Numbered from the stretch's first letter, positions 39,697 to 49,471 are shown. The stretch: DNA of 64,000 bases from Arenicellales bacterium (GCA_965214875.1 OZ243980.1:1496009-1560008), one strand, 5' to 3'. Translations and numbers: made by a program. Notes: generated from the sequence alone by a model not told the origin.

Positions 39697-40410
39697 ATGA
39701 ACAATCCTGATAACGCAGAACAAATGGATGATATCGATCTGTCGGCGCTTAGCGACGAAGATTTGGTCGTACAGATGCATGACGATCTTTATGATGGACT
39801 CAAAGAAGAAATAGAAGAGGGCACCCGCATTCTGCTTGGTCGCGGCTGGGAACCTTATCGGGTTCTGCAAGACGCATTGGTGGAAGGAATGAGGATCGTC
39901 GGCATCGATTTCAGGGATGGCATTCTGTTTGTGCCGGAAGTCCTCATGTCGGCGAATGCGATGAAGGGCGGGATGGCTATTTTGCGACCGCTGCTGGCGG
40001 AAACCGGCGCCCCCACGATCGGAAAGATGGTTATCGGCACGGTCAAAGGCGATATTCACGATATCGGCAAGAATCTGGTCGCAATGATGCTTGAAGGGGC
40101 CGGATTTGAAGTCATCAATATAGGCATCAATAATCCGGTTGAGAACTATCTGGAAGCGATGGATGAGCATAAGCCGGAACTGCTTGGCATGTCCGCATTG
40201 CTCACCACCACAATGCCCTACATGAAAGTCGTTATCGACACATTGGTTGAGCAAGGCATTCGCGAAGAGTATGTTGTTATTGTCGGTGGCGCACCCTTGA
40301 ACGAAGAGTTTGCGGAAGCGATTGGCGCAGATGCCTACTGTCGCGATGCGGCGGTTGCGGTTGAAACCGCAAAAACTTTCGTATCTAAATTGAGGGCGCA
40401 GAGCGCGTAA
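39697..40410 (+). CDS. Corrinoid (cobalamin-binding) methyl-carrier protein, MtbC/MtgC type
   Basis: B12-binding_2 cap helix domain plus a Rossmann B12 domain with the DxHxxG motif GDIHDIGKN and ..SALLTTTM...VGGAPL. Confidence 0.85.
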   Translation: MNNPDNAEQMDDIDLSALSDEDLVVQMHDDLYDGLKEEIEEGTRILLGRGWEPYRVLQDALVEGMRIVGIDFRDGILFVPEVLMSANAMKGGMAILRPLLAETGAPTIGKMVIGTVKGDIHDIGKNLVAMMLEGAGFEVINIGINNPVENYLEAMDEHKPELLGMSALLTTTMPYMKVVIDTLVEQGIREEYVVIVGGAPLNEEFAEAIGADAYCRDAAVAVETAKTFVSKLRAQSA

Positions 40411-40466
40411 TAGCCCTTTTCATCTAAACATAAATTCTAACCCCCTCGTTTAGGCGGAGACCTGCG

Positions 40467-41381
40467 ATGACGGAAACAGCTATTTCCTCTGAAACCAAAA
40501 CTGTAGTGATTGGCTACGAGCATCCGTTTTGCGTTATTGGCGAACGGATTAATCCGACAGGACGCAAGCTGCTTGCCGCAGAAATGGCGGCAGGGGACTA
40601 CAGCCGTGTCGAATCTGATGCGCTGGCGCAGGTCAATGCTGGCGCGCACATGCTCGATGTCAATGCCGGCATTCCGCTAGCGGACGAACCTCGCATTCTG
40701 GCCGAGTGCATCCAGCTGGTGCAATCGGTCACCGATGTGCCGTTATCAATCGACTCATCGATCGTTGCCGCGCTTGAAGCTGGGCTTGAAGTCTATAAGG
40801 GTCGACCGCTTGTCAATTCGGTAACTGGCGAGGAAGAGCGGCTCGAGACGGTGTTGCCTCTGGTGAAAAAATACGATGCGGCGGTGGTCGCGATATCGAA
40901 CGATGAAACCGGTATCTCCGAAGATCCCGATGTTCGTTACACGGTCGCGAAAAAAATTGTTGAACGTGCAGAAGACTACGGGATCAAGCGTTGTGATGTA
41001 GTTGTTGATCCATTAGTGATGCCGATCGGAGCTATCGGATTGGCCGGAAGGCAAGTCTTTCGAATCGTTCAGCGTTTGCGTGAAGAATTGAAAGTCAATA
41101 CGACCTGCGGTGCGTCGAACATCAGCTTCGGGTTGCCGAATCGTCACGCATTGAACGCGTCATTCCTTTCCATGTCGATTGGAGCCGGCATGACATCTGC
41201 AATTACCTCTCCGCTGCATGAAGAGATCATGACTTCGGTGATGGCGGCAAATGTCATGATGGGCACAGACCGCGAATGCAGGCAGTGGATCCGAAAATTC
41301 CGGGCGCCAATTCCTGATGCTGTAAATGTTGATCGCCCGGCAGGTCGTCGAAATGGTCGTCGGCGTCGGCAATACGCCTAG
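40467..41381 (+). CDS. Methyl-corrinoid:tetrahydrofolate methyltransferase (pterin-binding, MtgA/AcsE-like)
   Basis: IGERINPTGRKLLAAEM...MLDVNAG...PLSIDSS...LVNSV is the pterin-binding (DHPS-like) barrel signature. It lies directly after the corrinoid protein. Confidence 0.8.
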   Translation: MTETAISSETKTVVIGYEHPFCVIGERINPTGRKLLAAEMAAGDYSRVESDALAQVNAGAHMLDVNAGIPLADEPRILAECIQLVQSVTDVPLSIDSSIVAALEAGLEVYKGRPLVNSVTGEEERLETVLPLVKKYDAAVVAISNDETGISEDPDVRYTVAKKIVERAEDYGIKRCDVVVDPLVMPIGAIGLAGRQVFRIVQRLREELKVNTTCGASNISFGLPNRHALNASFLSMSIGAGMTSAITSPLHEEIMTSVMAANVMMGTDRECRQWIRKFRAPIPDAVNVDRPAGRRNGRRRRQYA

Positions 41382-41538
41382 CTTGGTCGGATGCTGGCAT
41401 GGCTGATAGTGAAAATTTTCTGCCAGATACATGCGTTTGATAGCGGTGCTTGCCGCTTATCTCTCCCTTCGGCGCTGATTTGGCCAATGCTGCCGCTTTT
41501 TCGATAGATTGACTGCTTCCCGCCAACAATCGGACGCG

Positions 41539-43536
41539 ATGGTTGTCTTTACGCCGTCTGGGCGGCGTGGTCGATTTGCGATAGGCACAACCATATTGCA
41601 GGCGGCTAGAGCTCTTGGCGTCGATCTGGATTCTGTTTGTGGCGGCCGCGCTATGTGCGGGCGTTGCCAGGTAGTGCTAAGTGTCGGCGCTTTTGCCAAG
41701 CATGGCGTCAATTCAGATCCGAACCATTTGTCTTCGATAAGTGTCTTGGAGAAGGAATACTCCAAGACCAATGAACTGAAACCGGAACGGCGGCTCGGAT
41801 GCTCTGTTGAAATTCTTGGCGATGTGGTTATCGATGTGCCGCCGGATAGCCAGGTTCATCGCCAGGTGGTTCGAAAACGCGCCGAGGTGCATGCGATTAA
41901 TCTTGACCCTGTAGTGCGGCTGTACTACGTAGATGTCCAAGAGCCCAATATGCACGATCCTTCTGGCGATTTGCAACGGCTTAAGGATGCGTTGGAATTC
42001 GAATGGCGTTTGGAAAATCTCGCCTGCGACTTGCGACAGATTCAGAATTTGCAGCAAGCATTGCGTCAGGGCGAATGGAGTGTCACGTGCGCCGTACACG
42101 ACGGGTCGCAGATTGTGGCAATCTGGCCGGGATTTAGCAACAGTGCTTTCGGCATCGCTTTCGACATCGGTTCGACCACAATCGCAGCGCATCTTTGCGA
42201 TCTCTCCAGCGGTGAGGTTGTTGCAGCGTCGGGTGCGATGAACCCTCAGATCCGATTCGGCGAGGATCTTATGAGCCGCGTGTCGTATCTGATGATGAAC
42301 CCTGGCGGAGAGCATGATATGACGCGCGAAGTTCGCAAGGCGATACAGAAGCTTGCTGAAGAAGTGTGTCAAGAGCACGGCATCAGTGCAGATGATGTGC
42401 TCGATGTAGTATTTGTGGGAAACCCCATCATGCAGCACTTGCTGCTCGGAGTGAGCCCAATTGAACTGGGCGGAGCGCCGTTCGCGCTGGCAACTGACGA
42501 AGCGGTCAGCGTATGGGTATCCGAGCTGGATCTAAAGTTTCATCAGAATGCCCGAGCTTTCGTTTTGCCTTGCATCGCCGGGCATGTCGGTGCCGATACG
42601 GCGGGCATGATACTTTCCGAACAGCCGTATGCCCATGACGAGTTGATGTTGCTGGTAGATGTTGGAACCAATGCGGAAATCGTGCTAGGCAATCGCCATA
42701 GGCTCCTTGCAGCATCGAGTCCTACCGGTCCGGCGTTCGAAGGTGCGCAGATTAGCGGCGGTCAGCGCGCGGCGCCAGGCGCCATTGAGCGCGTTAGAAT
42801 CGATCGTGAAACATTGGAACCGAAGTTCAAAGTTATTGGTTGCGATTTGTGGTCGACGGATCCGGATTTTGAAAATGCCGTCCAAGCGACTGGCGTGACA
42901 GGGATTTGCGGTTCCGGAATTATCGAGGCGATTGCTGAGATGTATTTGGCGGGAGTCATCGATCCGGATGGAGTGGTGCAATCGAGCAAGGCGGATATCA
43001 GCGGCAGAATTGTCGCAGAAGGCCGAACCTATGCCTATGTGATGAACGATAGTAATCCTCGGATCAGGATTACGCAAAACGATGTTCGAGCCATCCAGCT
43101 CGCAAAAGCGGCGCTTTACGCGGGCATCCGTCTGCTGATGGATCGAATGGGCATCGATGTGGTTGATCGTATTCGATTGGCCGGCGCTTTCGGCAGTCAC
43201 ATTGATGTCAAATATGCGATGATTCTCGGGCTAGTGCCGGACTGCAAGCTTGACAATGTCACCTCGGCGGGCAACGCTGCCGGTACAGGAGCGCGGATTG
43301 CGTTGCTTGATCGCAATTCGAGAAGCGAAATTAGTCAAGTTGTCCGTAATGTCGAGAAAATTGAAACTGCGGTCGAATCGCAGTTTCAGAAGCACTTCGT
43401 TGAAGCGATGGCGATTCCGCATAAAGTTGACCCATTTCCCGAATTGAGCAAAGTTGTCGATTTGCCCCGGCGGTCAGGAAAATATGGCGCTCAAAATACA
43501 GGCAGGCGCCGCCGCGGTCGTCGAACTGGCACTTGA
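41539..43536 (+). CDS. Corrinoid reductive-activation enzyme (RACE; N-terminal 2Fe-2S ferredoxin + ASKHA/DUF4445 ATPase)
   Basis: N-terminal plant-type ferredoxin CGGRAMCGRCQV, then FGIAFDIGSTTIAAHL... and LLVDVGTNAEIVLG (ASKHA phosphate-binding motifs). This is the typical RamA/RACE architecture. Confidence 0.8.
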   Translation: MVVFTPSGRRGRFAIGTTILQAARALGVDLDSVCGGRAMCGRCQVVLSVGAFAKHGVNSDPNHLSSISVLEKEYSKTNELKPERRLGCSVEILGDVVIDVPPDSQVHRQVVRKRAEVHAINLDPVVRLYYVDVQEPNMHDPSGDLQRLKDALEFEWRLENLACDLRQIQNLQQALRQGEWSVTCAVHDGSQIVAIWPGFSNSAFGIAFDIGSTTIAAHLCDLSSGEVVAASGAMNPQIRFGEDLMSRVSYLMMNPGGEHDMTREVRKAIQKLAEEVCQEHGISADDVLDVVFVGNPIMQHLLLGVSPIELGGAPFALATDEAVSVWVSELDLKFHQNARAFVLPCIAGHVGADTAGMILSEQPYAHDELMLLVDVGTNAEIVLGNRHRLLAASSPTGPAFEGAQISGGQRAAPGAIERVRIDRETLEPKFKVIGCDLWSTDPDFENAVQATGVTGICGSGIIEAIAEMYLAGVIDPDGVVQSSKADISGRIVAEGRTYAYVMNDSNPRIRITQNDVRAIQLAKAALYAGIRLLMDRMGIDVVDRIRLAGAFGSHIDVKYAMILGLVPDCKLDNVTSAGNAAGTGARIALLDRNSRSEISQVVRNVEKIETAVESQFQKHFVEAMAIPHKVDPFPELSKVVDLPRRSGKYGAQNTGRRRRGRRTGT

Positions 43537-43588
43537 TTCGATACGGTACCGGCGAAAATCTGTAGCACATGATGATTCAAAATCGGGC

Positions 43589-45019
43589 ATGAAAGCGGAT
43601 TTTGTCATCGAAAATGGCATGGTTGTGGACGGTACCGGATGCCCTGCGTATCTGGCCAATGTTGCGGTGCGCGGAAATCGCATCATTGCAGTCGGAGATA
43701 CGACGCATGTCCAAAGCGGTTCTAGACTTGATGCCGAAGGCAGCATGGTCTCTCCGGGGTTCATCGATGCGCACACGCATGACGATCGCGTTTTGCTTTC
43801 CTCGCCTGATATGACGAGCAAAATCAGCCAAGGCGTTACAACTGTGGTGACTGGAAATTGCGGAATCAGCCTGGCTCCGATCGCTGGAAAAAATCCGGTG
43901 CCGCCCATGAATCTGCTTGGCGACCGCAACTGGTATCGTTTCGAATCCGTGGCCGACTACGCTGCAATGCTTGATGCTGAGCCGGCCGCGGTGAATTCAG
44001 TCATGCTTGTCGGTCATACGACACTCAGGGTTGCGACGATGAATCGGGTTGATCGAGCTGCCACGCGTGATGAGGCGCTCAGCATGGAGCGCATGGTTGA
44101 TAGTGCGATGCAAGATGGTTGTATCGGTCTGAGTAGCGGGCTTGAATATCCGCCAGCTAAGGCCGCGCCGCCCGACGAGGTATTGCAGCTAGCGAAGAGG
44201 GCATCATCTGCAAACGGCATCTATGCCACCCATATGAGAGATGAGGCGGACCAAGTTTGCGACTCGATACGCGAGACGGTGGATGTGGCTGAACACGCTT
44301 CAATACGAACTATCATTTCTCACCATAAGACCTGCGGCAAGAAAAACTGGGGACGTACGGCGGAAACGTTGCCCTTAATTAGCGCTGCTCAAAAGCGTGT
44401 CGATATTAACATTGATGTCTATCCTTATACGGCAAGTTCGACATCGCTGCTAAAGCAATACTTGCCAAAGGCTGACCGGGTCGTTGTGACATGGTCGGAA
44501 CCGTATCCGGAATTTTCCGGAGCTGATCTGTCAGACATTGTCGAGTGCTGGGGCGTTAGTCGATCAGAGGCGGTTGATCGGCTTTCTCCGGCCGGAGCAA
44601 TCTACTTCCAGATGGACGAAAACGATCTGCGGCGGGTGCTCAAGTTCAACGGCAGCATGATTGGGTCAGACGGCTTGTCAAGCGATAGATTCCCGCATCC
44701 GAGACTGTGGGGAACATTCCCCAGAGTGCTTGGGCGATATGCGAGAGAACTGGATCTTTTCCCGATTGAGGTTGCGGTCGCTAAAATGACTGGGATAACT
44801 GCTCGCACTTTCGGTCTTCAGTGCAGGGGGTTGATCCAGCCGGATATGTTCGCCGATATCGTGATTTTCGATTTCGAATCAGTGGCAGATCGGGCAGATT
44901 TCAAAAATCCGATTCAATCAGCTGCAGGGATTGAGTGCGTCATGGTAAACGGCGAGATCGTCTATACCCGAGAGGGCTGGACAGGCAAGCGTCCCGGTCG
45001 CTTGCTGAAAGGCGGCTGA
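43589..45019 (+). CDS. N-acyl-D-amino-acid deacylase (D-aminoacylase, amidohydrolase superfamily)
   Basis: MKADFVIENGMVVDGTG...VSPGFIDAHTHDD...GIYATHMRDE...ISHHK...GSDG are the canonical D-aminoacylase blocks. Confidence 0.8.
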   Translation: MKADFVIENGMVVDGTGCPAYLANVAVRGNRIIAVGDTTHVQSGSRLDAEGSMVSPGFIDAHTHDDRVLLSSPDMTSKISQGVTTVVTGNCGISLAPIAGKNPVPPMNLLGDRNWYRFESVADYAAMLDAEPAAVNSVMLVGHTTLRVATMNRVDRAATRDEALSMERMVDSAMQDGCIGLSSGLEYPPAKAAPPDEVLQLAKRASSANGIYATHMRDEADQVCDSIRETVDVAEHASIRTIISHHKTCGKKNWGRTAETLPLISAAQKRVDINIDVYPYTASSTSLLKQYLPKADRVVVTWSEPYPEFSGADLSDIVECWGVSRSEAVDRLSPAGAIYFQMDENDLRRVLKFNGSMIGSDGLSSDRFPHPRLWGTFPRVLGRYARELDLFPIEVAVAKMTGITARTFGLQCRGLIQPDMFADIVIFDFESVADRADFKNPIQSAAGIECVMVNGEIVYTREGWTGKRPGRLLKGG

Positions 45020-45083
45020 TGCGCCGCAATCTGTTTTTCAAGCGCGAAAGAAAGCTGAATCTGAGGGTCGGGTCGCGAGGCCG

Positions 45084-46103
45084 CTATTCTTCCGATGTTT
45101 CCATGTTCGGTCTCAGGCCTCCCCGTCGATCATCGCGAGGCGTGACTCCGAAGTAGAGTCGGTAGACCTTGCTGAAGTGCGGCGCGGAATAGAACCCGCA
45201 GGAAATTCCAACATCTAAAATCGGTTTTTCTGTTAGTAGCAACAGCTCTCGTGCCCTTTCGAGCCGCATGTTTAGATAGTATCGATTGGGTGATACATTC
45301 AAGCAGTTTTTGAACATGCGTTGCAGATGCCGCCCCGACATGTTCGCGTGCTTCGCCAGATATGGCAACGAGACCGGTTCTTCGATGTTGGCTGCCATTA
45401 GTGCGATTACCGAACATAAAGCGGCACTTTTTGCACCGGTAATGCTCTTCATTCCAGGTCTTTGCACACTATGGGTGTCGCGAACTTTCTCGTACATGAA
45501 CTCATCGCAAATATCGAGCGCCAAAGAGCCTCCGTGTTGCTGGTGAATTATGCCAAGAATCATGTCTGCCGGAGCTTGGCCGCCAGCGCAGGTATAAAGG
45601 CGCCGATCAATTTCGAACAGCTTTTGGGTCAAGTTGATTTTTGGAAACTTTTTACGGAAGGTATCAAACAATTCCCAATGCACGGTGCAACGACGACCGC
45701 CGATTAAATCGGCTTTCGCGAGCATGTAGGCACCGGTGCATAGTCCTCCGATTTCTACGCCGGAGTTTGCCAAATCACGTAGCCACCTGATCAAAGCCGG
45801 GTCAGATCCGTGCTTCTCGATGTTGATGCCGCCGCAAACGAAGACGGCATCAAGATTGACGGAATTTGAAATTCCGTTGTCAGGTTCTACAGCCAAGCCG
45901 TTGCTTGCCGCAATTGCTTTGCCGTCTTTCGAAAAGGTGTGCCAAGAGAAAAGCTCATGCTTGGACACATAGTTTGCCATGCGTAACGGCTCGACCGCGG
46001 ACGTAAGCGCGATCATGGAATATTCGGGGAGCAAGAGAAAGCCGAATGCCTTTTTCTTCGGCGACCATCCCATCGTCCTTGTTGGCAGCGACTTTGTGCT
46101 CAT
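45084..46103 (-). CDS. GlxA-family transcriptional regulator (DJ-1/PfpI domain + AraC HTH)
   Basis: FGFLLLPEYSMIALTSAVEPLRMAN...GGLCTGAYMLA... with a C-terminal AraC-type HTH (..LAKHANMSGRHLQRMFK...GFYSAPHFSKVYRLYFGVTP). Confidence 0.8.
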   Translation of the reverse strand: MSTKSLPTRTMGWSPKKKAFGFLLLPEYSMIALTSAVEPLRMANYVSKHELFSWHTFSKDGKAIAASNGLAVEPDNGISNSVNLDAVFVCGGINIEKHGSDPALIRWLRDLANSGVEIGGLCTGAYMLAKADLIGGRRCTVHWELFDTFRKKFPKINLTQKLFEIDRRLYTCAGGQAPADMILGIIHQQHGGSLALDICDEFMYEKVRDTHSVQRPGMKSITGAKSAALCSVIALMAANIEEPVSLPYLAKHANMSGRHLQRMFKNCLNVSPNRYYLNMRLERARELLLLTEKPILDVGISCGFYSAPHFSKVYRLYFGVTPRDDRRGGLRPNMETSEE

Positions 46104-46220
46104 GTTTTGAATTGTTGCTAAATTCAAGCAAATATTACATCCGAATATCTTATTTGTCAAAAAATTTATTTTTCAGATTTGCGGCAAAAGCAGGTTTCGA
46201 TTTGAATTTAATGTCTGGCA

Positions 46221-48206
46221 CTATGTTTTTGTCTTATAACTATCTGAATATGCATATGAATAAATCTGCGACTCAATAAATATGCCATCGATGCCGAGTG
46301 TTCCCACTATGATATCTTTTCTTTTTGACGAAATGACAGGATTTCTCGCATTTGATTCCAAAGCCGATTTTTCTACCATCGATTCCAGTTCTGATTGTGC
46401 AAAATTGGCAGCGTCTTCCAGATTGCCAAAATCTTTCATTCCAAGCGGCGTATGTGCTCGATAGACTCCTTCAGCGGGCGCTGTAACCAGTCCGGACATT
46501 CTTTGAGAGATGCCGCCTGCTACAGCGCCGACCGCGTTGCCGACCGCGGCGTGTTCGGGGATGTCTAGGGGTGTATTCAATCTGCGGCAGATTTCCGGAT
46601 AAAGGGGCGCTGCCGGGGCGCCGACCGCGACGACGGTTCCGCCAAAAGAGAAGTCGACTTTTAAAGTGTCGTTTGCATTGGTCGGCGAGATGCCTTTGCG
46701 CAATAGTATCGAGTCGATGCTATTGGTCTTATGCATATCAAATTCCGATGCGATCGCTGCGCTGACGAGCACTTCGCAGCTTCGCTCGATCACCTGATCG
46801 ATCACTGCTTGGGAAAATTTTTCAGCATTGCTTCGAACAGGTTTCGCATCTCTTCTGAATCCGCGAGCCCACAATTGCGCCCCCAATTCGGCGGCCGGTT
46901 TCGACCAGCGGTCCATCTTATCGAGGACATGCAACGAATCGGTCGGCGTAAATGCGGCAAGGATGGCGATATCCATGGCGCGCAAGCGCAAAAACGCCCT
47001 GAACATGCGCAGGTCCCGGTATAGCTTTTCGCAACTGACCGGTCCGGTGCGTATCTGCTCTAGCATTACGCGCTCGCTTTTCGCGAGTGCTGCGGTATTT
47101 GCCATGTCCTTGCGCAAAACGGCAAAGCATCCCTGGTATTCTTGCGGGCGCCGCGCGACCTGGCTTCGCAGAGTTTCGATAATGGCAGGGTTTCGCTGGG
47201 CTAGCACGCAAAGCGGGAGTGCTCGCTCTGGTCCGATTTCGATCGGCTCACCAAAGCCTACCTGGCTATCGCCGCCGAGTCCGACGGTATAGATATCAAC
47301 CGCCTCGACAAACGTTCTAAACCCGCCAACAGTCGCTCCTTCGCGAGCAACTCTTGGCGTTCCGTTTTCGAGCATTGCCACATCGGTTGTGGTGCCTCCG
47401 ATGTCGGATACAAGTCGGACATCGGCTTTCGACAGGCGACATGCACCGACCACGCTGGCCGCCGGCCCGGACAAAATTGTTTCGACAGGCCGTGAAGCCG
47501 CCATTTCTGCGCCAATCATCGAGCCGTCACCCTTTACGACCATGAATGGAGAGTCGATTCCGCGGTGCTTTAGCTCGTCGCGAACCGTTCGAATCAGCTC
47601 GGAAATCGGTGCGATCAATCGAGCATTCAGCGCGGTTGTCATGGCGCGGCGAGGACCGTTAAGCTTTGAGCTTAGCTCGAAGCTGCAGGTGACCGGGGTG
47701 TCGGTCATTTCCAGGATTAGATCTCGAACAGCGATTTCGTGCTCAGTATTGCGAACCGAAAAAATTCCGGCAACTGCGAACGCGGTGATGCTATCTCGAT
47801 GTCGTTCGATGGCTTGTCTTGCGGCATCAAGATCGAGTGGTTCGATCTCATCTCCTAAAGCGGTGTGACCGCCGCGTATCATTTCAACCGGATCGTTGCG
47901 AATGGCATGATTCAACTGAGCGCGTTTAAGCGCATCATGACTGTGTCCGATCAGAAGCAGGCAGATTGTTCCTCCATGTCCCTCAACAATCGCATTTGTT
48001 GCCAGGGTGGTTGAGATGGAAGTGAGTTCGACGATATCTGAAAGTGGTCGTTTACTGCAATTGTCGATTCGCTGTATTACTTCTCGGATTCCGATCGACA
48101 GGTCATGGTGAGTTGTTAATGACTTGGCAGTGTGGACGACGCCTTTTTTGCCATTAAAGAGGACTGCATCCGTGTATGTTCCTCCTGTGTCGATTCCTAG
48201 TCGCAT
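46221..48206 (-). CDS. Hydantoinase/oxoprolinase-family (ASKHA) protein
   Basis: True N-terminus MRLGIDTGGTYTDAVLF (Hydant_A_N), later DIGGTTTDVAML. The 59 extra N-terminal residues in the track ORF read into the IS481-like left end and are not genuine. Confidence 0.8.
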   Translation of the reverse strand: MRLGIDTGGTYTDAVLFNGKKGVVHTAKSLTTHHDLSIGIREVIQRIDNCSKRPLSDIVELTSISTTLATNAIVEGHGGTICLLLIGHSHDALKRAQLNHAIRNDPVEMIRGGHTALGDEIEPLDLDAARQAIERHRDSITAFAVAGIFSVRNTEHEIAVRDLILEMTDTPVTCSFELSSKLNGPRRAMTTALNARLIAPISELIRTVRDELKHRGIDSPFMVVKGDGSMIGAEMAASRPVETILSGPAASVVGACRLSKADVRLVSDIGGTTTDVAMLENGTPRVAREGATVGGFRTFVEAVDIYTVGLGGDSQVGFGEPIEIGPERALPLCVLAQRNPAIIETLRSQVARRPQEYQGCFAVLRKDMANTAALAKSERVMLEQIRTGPVSCEKLYRDLRMFRAFLRLRAMDIAILAAFTPTDSLHVLDKMDRWSKPAAELGAQLWARGFRRDAKPVRSNAEKFSQAVIDQVIERSCEVLVSAAIASEFDMHKTNSIDSILLRKGISPTNANDTLKVDFSFGGTVVAVGAPAAPLYPEICRRLNTPLDIPEHAAVGNAVGAVAGGISQRMSGLVTAPAEGVYRAHTPLGMKDFGNLEDAANFAQSELESMVEKSALESNARNPVISSKRKDIIVGTLGIDGIFIESQIYSYAYSDSYKTKT

Positions 48207-48242
48207 TCGAGGGCACTGTCCGGGTTCAGATACATGTGAGAC

Positions 48243-48289
48243 CGTCCGCCTCCTCCCGAAGGACGCAGTCCGAAGGGAGGAGGCGGACG
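48243..48289. repeat. 15-bp-stem hairpin within a ~51-bp insertion unique to the left end of IS481-like copy C
   Basis: CGTCCGCCTCCTCCC gaaggacgcagtccgaa GGGAGGAGGCGGACG. Copies B and D read ...acatgcgggcgc(a/g)cgaaaa... at this point without it. Confidence 0.85.
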
Positions 48290-48317
48290 CGCGAAAATTT
48301 TTGAGGTAGCATGGCGC

Positions 48318-49376
48318 TTGATTAAAACCCAACAGCCGAAAGGCGGGAGAGAGCGCCATGCAAACCGAATGTCCGCACCGCAAATTTTATCGTCTCGATC
48401 CAATCCGCGACGAACTTTCGCCGCAGGCCGCCGAGCGCTTCGACAATATCGCGCTGTTCGACCAGCTTCGCCGCGAGGGCGCGACCGAAGCGACCGCCCT
48501 GAAGGGATCGGCTGCTCCCGGGCCACGCCCTGCCGCTGGAAGCGGCGCCTGCGCGAGCAGGGCGTCCGCGCCCTGGCCGACCGCTGCCGCCGCCCGCACC
48601 GGGTGCGGCAGCGCCAATGGACCGACCGCGAGCTCGAGCTGGTGCGCCAGGCGCGGCAACGCTTTCCGCTGCGGGGGTGCGCCAAGATCCGCGCCGTGCT
48701 GGCGCGCGAGCGCGGCTTCGCGCCCAGCGAGTCCGCCACCGGACGCATGATCGCCCGCCTGGTTCGCACCGGCCAGGCCGAGCCCGTCGCGTTCCATTAC
48801 GGGCGCGTCAAGCCCAAGCGGCGGTGCAAGTTCGACCGCCACGCCCGGCGCCGGCGCTACGGCGCCCGCGGGCGAAAGCCCGGCCAGATGGTGCAGATCG
48901 ATCATACGGGCGTCGCCATCGAGGCCGGCTTCGCGGTCAAGGAGTCCGAGGCCGTATGCCCGGTCTCTAAGCTTTGCTGCATGCGCGCCTATTCGCGCGC
49001 CACCGCCACCTGCGCCACAAGATTCCTCGGCCATCTGATCCGCCAGGCGCCGTTCAATATCGGGCCGGTGCAGGTCGACGGCGATAGCGAGTCCGCGTTC
49101 GAGTTCGAGACCGCCTGCCGGCGCCGCGGCATCGCCCTGTTCGCGCTGCCGCCCAGAAGCCCCAAGCATAGCGGCTGCGCGGAACGCGCCAACGCGTCCG
49201 GCCGCTGCGAGTTCCACCGGTTCTGCGCCGGCGCGCCGGGCGTGGGCGCCCTGAACGTCGAGCTGGCCGAATTCGGGCGCCTCTGCAACGACTGCCGCCC
49301 GCATCAGTCGCTCGGACAAACGGCGCCCATGCAGGCGTATAATGAAAACTTCAACCAAAGCGCGCTTGCCGCCTGA
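48318..49376 (+). CDS. IS481/IS3-superfamily integrase-type (rve, DDE) transposase
   Basis: 352-aa ORF: ..RWKRRLREQGVRALADRCRRPHR.. (HTH region) ... QMVQIDHTGV ... FNIGPVQVDGDSE ... LPPRSPKHSGCAERAN (rve core). The likely authentic N-terminus MQTECPHRKFYRLDPIRDEL.. (ATG 48358) is in another frame. Copy D shows the two parts were once contiguous, so copy C carries a 1-nt deletion near 48505. Confidence 0.7.
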   Translation: MIKTQQPKGGRERHANRMSAPQILSSRSNPRRTFAAGRRALRQYRAVRPASPRGRDRSDRPEGIGCSRATPCRWKRRLREQGVRALADRCRRPHRVRQRQWTDRELELVRQARQRFPLRGCAKIRAVLARERGFAPSESATGRMIARLVRTGQAEPVAFHYGRVKPKRRCKFDRHARRRRYGARGRKPGQMVQIDHTGVAIEAGFAVKESEAVCPVSKLCCMRAYSRATATCATRFLGHLIRQAPFNIGPVQVDGDSESAFEFETACRRRGIALFALPPRSPKHSGCAERANASGRCEFHRFCAGAPGVGALNVELAEFGRLCNDCRPHQSLGQTAPMQAYNENFNQSALAA

Positions 49377-49471
49377 AAAGTCTCATATGTATTGAACTCG
49401 TACACCGAATTGGTTTACAATGGGGGCATTCCTATTCATTCGGAGATTGAAAAATGCTGAAGCTGAACTCA

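Larger units (their letters stand above)
48217..49404 (+). mobile_element. IS481-like element, copy C (1188 bp, the longest copy)
   Basis: Ends are TGTCCGGGTTCAGATACATG ... CATATGTATTGAACTCGTACA (imperfect TGT..ACA inverted repeats). It contains the only long transposase ORF. High G+C. Confidence 0.8.

Noticed and set aside
48207-49410. Target-site duplications for the IS481-like, IS1380-like and IS30-like copies
   Set aside because: I compared 4-8 bp on both sides of every copy and found no convincing direct repeats. I therefore do not report any, except the AATC flanking the MITE.
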